Shown here: in pieces, positions 58,228 to 64,000 of the stretch
Numbering within the stretch: position 1 is the stretch's first letter
Layout: every line of letters starts with the position of its first letter
Source of the DNA: Alphaproteobacteria bacterium
GTDB lineage: Bacteria; Pseudomonadota; Alphaproteobacteria; SP197
Direction of reading: 5' to 3'
DNA length: 64,000 bases
Assembly: GCA_964291265.2 (NCBI GenBank)
Contig: OZ219746.1
Coordinates: forward strand, 9,578-73,577
Translations under genes and position numbers: made by a program
Notes under the pieces: model-generated
What the model was told of the DNA's origin: nothing
The model's input: the letters and a program-made list of their open reading frames with translations, nothing else
Database searches by the model: none

Positions 58228-59793
58228 ATGACCCGCCGCCGTCTTCCGATCGGGATCCAGGGCTTTCCGACGATCCGGAACGAGGACTTCTACTATGTCG
58301 ACAAGACATCGCTGGTCCGGCGGCTGGTGGACGAGGGGCGCCATTACTTCCTGTCCCGTCCGCGCCGCTTCGGCAAGAGCCTGCTGCTCGACACCCTGCG
58401 ATCGCTGTTTGCCTGCCGCGAACCCCTGTTCAGGGGACTGGCCATCCACCCCCACTGGGACTGGTCAACGCCCCATCCGGTGGTGCGGCTGAGCTTCGGC
58501 GGGAAATACAACGAACCCGGCGAGATCGAAGAGGACATCATCGTGCAACTGGACGGCGTGGAGCGCGAGCACGGTCTCCCGCCTGCCCGGATCTCCTATA
58601 CCGGCCCGAGACGTCTGCGGGACCTTCTCGACCGCCTGCACGACGCCACTGGCCGACAGGTCGTGGTGCTGGTGGACGAGTACGACAAGCCGATCCTCGA
58701 CGCGCTCCACGATCCGGAGCTTGCGACGACCAACCGGGACTACCTGCGCGGCTTCTACGGCATCGTCAAGGACAGCGACGAGCATGTCCGCTTCGTCTTC
58801 GTCACCGGTGTCAGCATGTTCTCGAAGGTCAGCCTGTTCTCGGGACTCAACAATCTGAAGGACATCAGCCTCGATCCGCGCTTTGGCACGATCTGCGGCT
58901 ACCGCGAGGAGGACCTGGACCGTGTGTTCGGCCCCGAAATGGCCGGGCTGGACCGCGAGGAGATCCGCACCTGGTACAACGGTTACCACTGGCGAGGCGG
59001 GGAGCGGGTCTACAATCCCTATGACGTGCTCCTGCTGCTCGACAGTCGCGAGTTCCGCCCCTACTGGTTCGAGACGGGATCTGCGAATTTCCTGTTCCGG
59101 ATGCTGATGGAGAAGTCGGTGAGTCCGATGGAACTGGAGGGGCGGCTGGCGGACACGTCGCTGGTCTCGAAGTTCGATGTCGGCGACATCGACATCGAGG
59201 CGCTGCTCTTCCAGACCGGCTACCTGACCATCGCCGGGGAGGAAAGGCAGGACCACAGGACCCTCTACCGTCTGGACTATCCCAACCTCGAGGTCCGGAT
59301 CAGCCTCAATGACGGACTGCTTGCCTGGCTGGGCAAGAAGGGGGGCGAGCCACTGGAGCGGGGCCGCGAGTTCTGCGCACTGCTGGAGGCGAACGACTTC
59401 GCGAGCTTCGGCGAGAAGCTCCGCGCCTGGCTCGCGGGCATACCCTATCAGTGGCATGCCAGGGGCGACCTGGCGCGCTACGAGGCCTGGTATGCGAGCC
59501 TTCTCTACATGTGCCTGCGTGCGGCCGGGGTGGGCTTGAGCGTGGAGGAGGCCTCGCATCGCGGCCGTGCGGACATGGTGGTGCGTCTCGGCGGGCAGAT
59601 CTTCGTGCTGGAGTTCAAGATGGCCGACGGCGAGGAGGACGGCGCCGCCGCGCTGGATGCGGCCATGACGCAGATGCGCCAGCGAGGCTATGCGGAGACC
59701 TACCGCGACCACGACGGCTCGGTTCACCTGATCGGCGTGGCCTGCGGGCGCGAGGCGCGCAACCTCCTCGATATCCGCGCCGAGACCGCATGA
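58228..59793 (+). CDS. AAA-ATPase-like (PF09820-type) N-domain plus PD-(D/E)XK (PDDEXK_9-type) C-domain protein
   Basis: MTRRRLPIGIQGFPTIRNEDFYYVDKTSLVRRLVDEGRHYFLSRPRRFGKSLLLDTL.. is the hallmark N-terminus. ..GRADMVVRLGGQIFVLEFK.. is the PD-(D/E)XK E-x-K motif. Confidence 0.8.
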   Translation: MTRRRLPIGIQGFPTIRNEDFYYVDKTSLVRRLVDEGRHYFLSRPRRFGKSLLLDTLRSLFACREPLFRGLAIHPHWDWSTPHPVVRLSFGGKYNEPGEIEEDIIVQLDGVEREHGLPPARISYTGPRRLRDLLDRLHDATGRQVVVLVDEYDKPILDALHDPELATTNRDYLRGFYGIVKDSDEHVRFVFVTGVSMFSKVSLFSGLNNLKDISLDPRFGTICGYREEDLDRVFGPEMAGLDREEIRTWYNGYHWRGGERVYNPYDVLLLLDSREFRPYWFETGSANFLFRMLMEKSVSPMELEGRLADTSLVSKFDVGDIDIEALLFQTGYLTIAGEERQDHRTLYRLDYPNLEVRISLNDGLLAWLGKKGGEPLERGREFCALLEANDFASFGEKLRAWLAGIPYQWHARGDLARYEAWYASLLYMCLRAAGVGLSVEEASHRGRADMVVRLGGQIFVLEFKMADGEEDGAAALDAAMTQMRQRGYAETYRDHDGSVHLIGVACGREARNLLDIRAETA

Positions 59794-60725
59794 ACTCAGA
59801 GCCATGCAGGAATCCGGATGCGTCGACGGAACTCGACCGCGCCGACCGATCAAGAAGCCGGTGCTCCGTTGAGACCCCCGTTCGTCCAACGAATTGCCGA
59901 CGCCGGTGATCCGTGCGGCGACCGTCCGGACCCTTTCAAGGAGACACGACGGACGATTCCCGGCTCGAACGCATGAGCAGCCGACGGAACCGGCACCGTC
60001 GGCTGAGGGTTTCGGGACCGCGCTGCAGACCATCACGCCACGGGACAACAAGGGGCCTGAAGACCGGACCGGTTCTTGCCAACCGGGGCCCGCACATCCG
60101 GTTCCCGGCAACGGACCCGTGAAGGTGACGAAAGAAGGTGCCTGACCCGAACGTCCTCGAGAAAAGGCGATCAAGGATCACCCGGGTGAGCAGTTACCTG
60201 CGCCGGTCCTTTTCCTCACCATGCAGAAGGCCGAAGAACAGCAGCCACTGCTTCGGCTCGCTGCCGCTACCGCGAGACCAGGCGCGAACGGTTCCTCCTG
60301 CCGGAGGAGTTCCGCAGTCTTGCAGCGGTCCTGGCACGCCACCAGGCAAGGCGTCCCCTGCACACGGTCCTCTCTCGTTCATGATCGAGGCCATGGGTGC
60401 TTTCGACGAGCCGCGCGGAGCGACGCAGCAGCTGACGGGAGGTGGCGACCGGCCTGTGTCTGGCGCCAGCGGCCTTGTCATGCGAGGCGACTGACTGGCG
60501 GTCGCTCCATGAGGCCCAAGCGGGTCCGTGCGGATGCGGCCGAAGCGCGTATGCGGGAGCTGCGCTGTGCGGAGATGGACGCCCGTACGGGCCCATTCAA
60601 GGTCCATCTCGACCGCACCCGCGGCCATCTCGAGGCGGCTCGTGCGGAGGTGAGGGCGGTTCGCCGGGAGGCGAAGTTTCCCTCACCGCAAGTCTCGCGG
60701 CCGCGGTCCGGTCCGATCTCCTCCG

Positions 60726-63700
60726 CTACCAGGTCAGGGTCGCACGGAACATCAGTTCATGCTCGGGACTGCCCTCAGCGTCCCGTTCTCGGCGCAGGGT
60801 TTCCAAGCCCAGCACCATCGATGACCCGAGTTCCAGACGCACCCCGGCCCGGTAGTTTCTCCCGCGATCTTCCGACAGCACGAACCCGGCATAGGGGGTC
60901 AGGAGGCCCTGTCCGTTCAGGGCCGGAAGTCCGTAGCCGACTTCCGTCACCAGATGCGGCGCTGCCGCATGCCGGTTCCGAGAACCGTCGTTCGCCCCCG
61001 TCGGCGGCAACGCCGTCCATCGGGACGGTCCGCCACCGCCGTCGACCACGCCCAGTCCCGGTGCGAGGCTCAATGACAGACCGTGCCCGTTGCCACCGGC
61101 ACCCTTCCGGATCAGGCCCCCGAAGCCCCATTCTTCGGTCTCGCCGCTGTGGCCGGCCAGCGTCCGCCCGCGAATCTCCAGTGTCAGATCAAGGGCCGTA
61201 TCGAGATAGCCCAACGCACCTGCGATCTCCAGGCCGGTCCCTGTTCCGCCGTCGCCGCCGTCGCTGCGGAACGCCACTTGCAGAGACGGCGTCAGGACCG
61301 TGTTCTCCGTGATCGTGTGCACATGTCCTGCTTCCAGCGAAACCCGCAACAACTCCACATCGGAACGAATCGAAGCGAGAGATCCCGAACCTTCGATCTC
61401 GGCCCGGGCCAGTGCGCCGTCGGCCCCCATGTCGACCGTGGTTCGGCCGCCCTTGATCAGGCTGTCGCTTGCATACAGCTCCCCCTGGATGCCGGCCGCC
61501 ACGGAAGTCTGGGTCAGGTCCCCGGACTGCGTGCCTTCGTGATTGTCCCTTATCTCGACATCGCCGGTGCCGTATCCGGCCATGGCCCAGAGCTCGACGC
61601 CCGACGACAGCGTCACCCCTGCATACGGGTGGACACCGACCTGGTCCGTCTCGTAGGTCCCGGAATGCGCCGTCGCGCCCGAGCCCTCCTCATAGTCGAA
61701 ACTGCCTCTCGACAGCGACAGCGACAAGCCCGCAATCGTGTTGCGGCGAATCCGCATGTCGGCCCCGAGGTGGCCGCTCGTCATCCTGCCGTCCCACGAG
61801 ACGCCGTTGCTCGTGCCCGACAACTCGCGCCAGTCGCCACTGCCCCAGAACACCGCGCCACCCGGCACGGCCGAAGCATCGCCTCCCTCCGCGTTGAGCG
61901 GAAGTGCGAACGAGGAACCTGCCAGCATGCGGGCGGCCTCGAATCCGTCGTTCGCGAATTGCGGTCCGTGCATGTCCATCGCCTGCAGCCATCGGCTTGC
62001 CATTCCGGCATCGGACGTCTCCATCTCCGATGGACCGGCGAGACCGGCGCCGATCCGGGCGCGGACCGCGTCCACGGTGCTCGCCAGGGTCACCCGCGTG
62101 GATTCCGACAGAAGCGTCTTGGCGATCTTGGCGATCTTACCGTTCGCGCCGTCGGGCGGGTAGACGCCCGGGTCGCTGCGCCCGAGCAGCGCCTGACCCA
62201 CCTTGTCCACGTGCGCCTTCTGCATGTCGCCCAGGATCTTCGCCGCGCCCGACCCCGGATAGTGCGCACAGTACGCGCTCGACGGGTCCGCCGTGTCGCC
62301 GTCCCCCGCCGCGATCCGCATCTTGCGGCAGTCGAGCGACTCCCACCACGCCCCGACGCTCGTGAAGCCGCCATCCCCGTAGATCAGGGCCGCCGCCGCA
62401 TCCACCAGGCGTTTCGTCTCCGCATCCAGGTCGGCATACATCTTCTTCGCCGCCGTCTCCTGCGCCGGTGTCGTATCGTCACCGTGCAGCGCCGCCACCA
62501 TCTGCTCCGCCGTCAGCACGTTCCACCAGCGCATCGCCATCGCGTTGTCGGACGGGTAGACGCCCGGGTCGCTTCGCCCGAGCAGCGCCTGGCCCACCTT
62601 GTCCACGTGCGCCTTCTGCATGTCGCCCAGGATCTTCGCCGCGCCCGACCCCGGATAGTGCGCACAGTACGCGCTCGACGGGTCCGCCGTGTCGCCGTCC
62701 CCCGCCGCGATCCGCATCTTGCGGCAGTCGAGCGACTCCCACCACGCCCCGACGCTCGTGAAGCCGCCATCCCCGTAGATCAGGGCCGCCGCCGCATTGA
62801 CCAGGCGTTTCGTCTCCGCATCCAGGTCGGCATACATCTTCTTCGCCGCCGTCTCCTGCGTCGGTGTCGCATCGTCACCGTGCAGCGCCGCCACCATCTG
62901 CTCCGCCGTCAGCACGTTCCACCAGCGCATCGCCATCGCGTTGTCGGACGGGTAGACGCCCGGGTCGCTGCGCCCGAGCAGCGCCTGGCCCACCTTGTCC
63001 ACGTGCGCCTTCTGCATGTCGCCCAGGATCTTCGCCGCGCCCGACCCCGGATAGTGCGCACAGTACGCGCTCGACGGGTCCGCCGTGTCGCCGTCCCCCG
63101 CCGCGATCCGCATCTTGCGGCAGTCGAGCGACTCCCACCACGCCCCGACGCTCGTGAAGCCGCCATCCCCGTAGATCAGGGTCGCCGCCGCATTGACTAG
63201 GCGTTTCGTCTCCGCATCCAGGTCGGCATACATCTTCTTCGCCGCCGTCTCCTGCGCCGGCGTCGCATCGTCACCGTGCAGCGCCGCCACCATCTGCTCC
63301 GCCGTCAGCACGTTCCACCAGCGCATCGCCATCGCGTTGTCGGACGGGTAGACGCCCGGGTCGCTTCGCCCGAGCAGCGCCTGGCCCACCTTGTCCACGT
63401 GCGCCTTCTGCATGTCGCCCAGGATCTTCGCCGCGCCCGACCCCGGATAGTGCGCACAGTACGCGCTCGACGGGTCCGCCGTGTCGCCGTCCCCCGCCGC
63501 GATCCGCATCTTGCGGCAGTCGAGCGACTCCCACCACGCCCCGACGCTCGTGAAGCCGCCGTCCCCGTAGATCAGGGTCGCCGCCGCATTGACTAGGCGT
63601 TTCGTCTCCGCATCCAGGTCGGCATACATCTTCTTCGCCGCCGTCTCCTGCGCCGGCGTCGCATCGTCACCGTGCAGCGCCGCCACCATCTGCTCCGCCG

Positions 63701-63905
63701 TCAGCACGTTCCACCAGCGCATCGCCTTCGGATCATCCAGCGTCTGCGCGTTCGCCGCGGCCGACCAGGTCAGGACCAGAGGAACCACGAGCCCGGCCAG
63801 CGCCGCACCGATGCCCGGGCGGATCCCGGCGAGGCCGCTCCTCCGGGCGCACGACTCACGTCGGGGGTGATGGGTATCGGCTCGAGTTGAGGCAACGTTC
63901 GTCAT
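60726..63905 (-). CDS. Autotransporter outer-membrane protein with a four-fold repeated non-canonical passenger
   Basis: Signal-like N-terminus ..GAALAGLVVPLVLTWSAAANA|Q. Then 4 x 132-aa repeats. The C-terminal approx 300 aa have alternating beta-strand pattern ending ..LMFRATLTW (aromatic terminus). Confidence 0.8.
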   Translation of the reverse strand: MTNVASTRADTHHPRRESCARRSGLAGIRPGIGAALAGLVVPLVLTWSAAANAQTLDDPKAMRWWNVLTAEQMVAALHGDDATPAQETAAKKMYADLDAETKRLVNAAATLIYGDGGFTSVGAWWESLDCRKMRIAAGDGDTADPSSAYCAHYPGSGAAKILGDMQKAHVDKVGQALLGRSDPGVYPSDNAMAMRWWNVLTAEQMVAALHGDDATPAQETAAKKMYADLDAETKRLVNAAATLIYGDGGFTSVGAWWESLDCRKMRIAAGDGDTADPSSAYCAHYPGSGAAKILGDMQKAHVDKVGQALLGRSDPGVYPSDNAMAMRWWNVLTAEQMVAALHGDDATPTQETAAKKMYADLDAETKRLVNAAAALIYGDGGFTSVGAWWESLDCRKMRIAAGDGDTADPSSAYCAHYPGSGAAKILGDMQKAHVDKVGQALLGRSDPGVYPSDNAMAMRWWNVLTAEQMVAALHGDDTTPAQETAAKKMYADLDAETKRLVDAAAALIYGDGGFTSVGAWWESLDCRKMRIAAGDGDTADPSSAYCAHYPGSGAAKILGDMQKAHVDKVGQALLGRSDPGVYPPDGANGKIAKIAKTLLSESTRVTLASTVDAVRARIGAGLAGPSEMETSDAGMASRWLQAMDMHGPQFANDGFEAARMLAGSSFALPLNAEGGDASAVPGGAVFWGSGDWRELSGTSNGVSWDGRMTSGHLGADMRIRRNTIAGLSLSLSRGSFDYEEGSGATAHSGTYETDQVGVHPYAGVTLSSGVELWAMAGYGTGDVEIRDNHEGTQSGDLTQTSVAAGIQGELYASDSLIKGGRTTVDMGADGALARAEIEGSGSLASIRSDVELLRVSLEAGHVHTITENTVLTPSLQVAFRSDGGDGGTGTGLEIAGALGYLDTALDLTLEIRGRTLAGHSGETEEWGFGGLIRKGAGGNGHGLSLSLAPGLGVVDGGGGPSRWTALPPTGANDGSRNRHAAAPHLVTEVGYGLPALNGQGLLTPYAGFVLSEDRGRNYRAGVRLELGSSMVLGLETLRRERDAEGSPEHELMFRATLTW
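62157..63722. repeat. Four tandem, near-identical 396-bp (132-aa) coding repeats; the last is truncated to 126 aa
   Basis: Repeat unit is MRWWNVLTAEQMVAALHGDD...DPGVYPSDNAMA. Only single substitutions differ between units (A/T at ATPAQ/ATPTQ/TTPAQ, N/D, T/A). Antisense shadow ORFs recur with 396-nt spacing (62468, 62864; 62479, 62875, 63271). Confidence 0.95.
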
Positions 63906-64000
63906 CCTGATGGTCCTCTGGATTGCTCACTGCATGTCTGGGACGCCGCAATCCGGCACACCGGGCGGCGACGATCAGGAACCATGCGATCGTCGCAAAA

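Overview
GC-rich (about 65% by eye) chromosomal segment that looks alphaproteobacterial from its gene content; that assignment is inference. It is a mosaic. A conserved housekeeping block lies at roughly 47.8-57.2 kb: class-III aminotransferase, M20 peptidase, holA, lptE, leuS, DUF3576 lipoprotein, agmatinase-family enzyme, NUDIX. A redox/amine block lies at 36-41.7 kb: katG, divergent oxyR, and a trimethylamine-dehydrogenase-like flavoprotein. Around these is heavily decayed accessory DNA: a guaA relic, a DUF4338::IS4 transposase, a TnpB relic, a higBA relic, two Rpn-family nuclease pseudogenes, three tyrosine-integrase fragments, an IS3 transposase split by a 2.5-kb serine-recombinase element, an IS21 istAB pair, and duplicated Toprim/plasmid-like remnants. 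Surface proteins sit at both ends: two TbpB-like lipoproteins on the left, and on the right an autotransporter with four near-identical 396-bp repeats. The most interesting feature is an AT-richer islet at about 23.8-28.7 kb. It carries a tightly coupled five-gene minus-strand operon: tandem ubiquitin-like protein, E2-like protein, JAB-E1 (ThiF) fusion, ABC/AAA_15-like ATPase, and PIN-like nuclease. I read this as a ubiquitin-like conjugation system joined to an ATPase/nuclease effector pair, and therefore as a candidate new anti-phage or anti-MGE defence architecture. The operon is nested inside a 9.4-kb segment bracketed by about 1.1-1.4 kb direct repeats (the two Rpn pseudogenes). That segment in turn lies inside a 34.4-kb segment bracketed by a perfect 88-bp inverted repeat. 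I could not recognise any rRNA gene, tRNA gene or CRISPR array. All domain assignments come from reading motifs in the translations; no database search was run.
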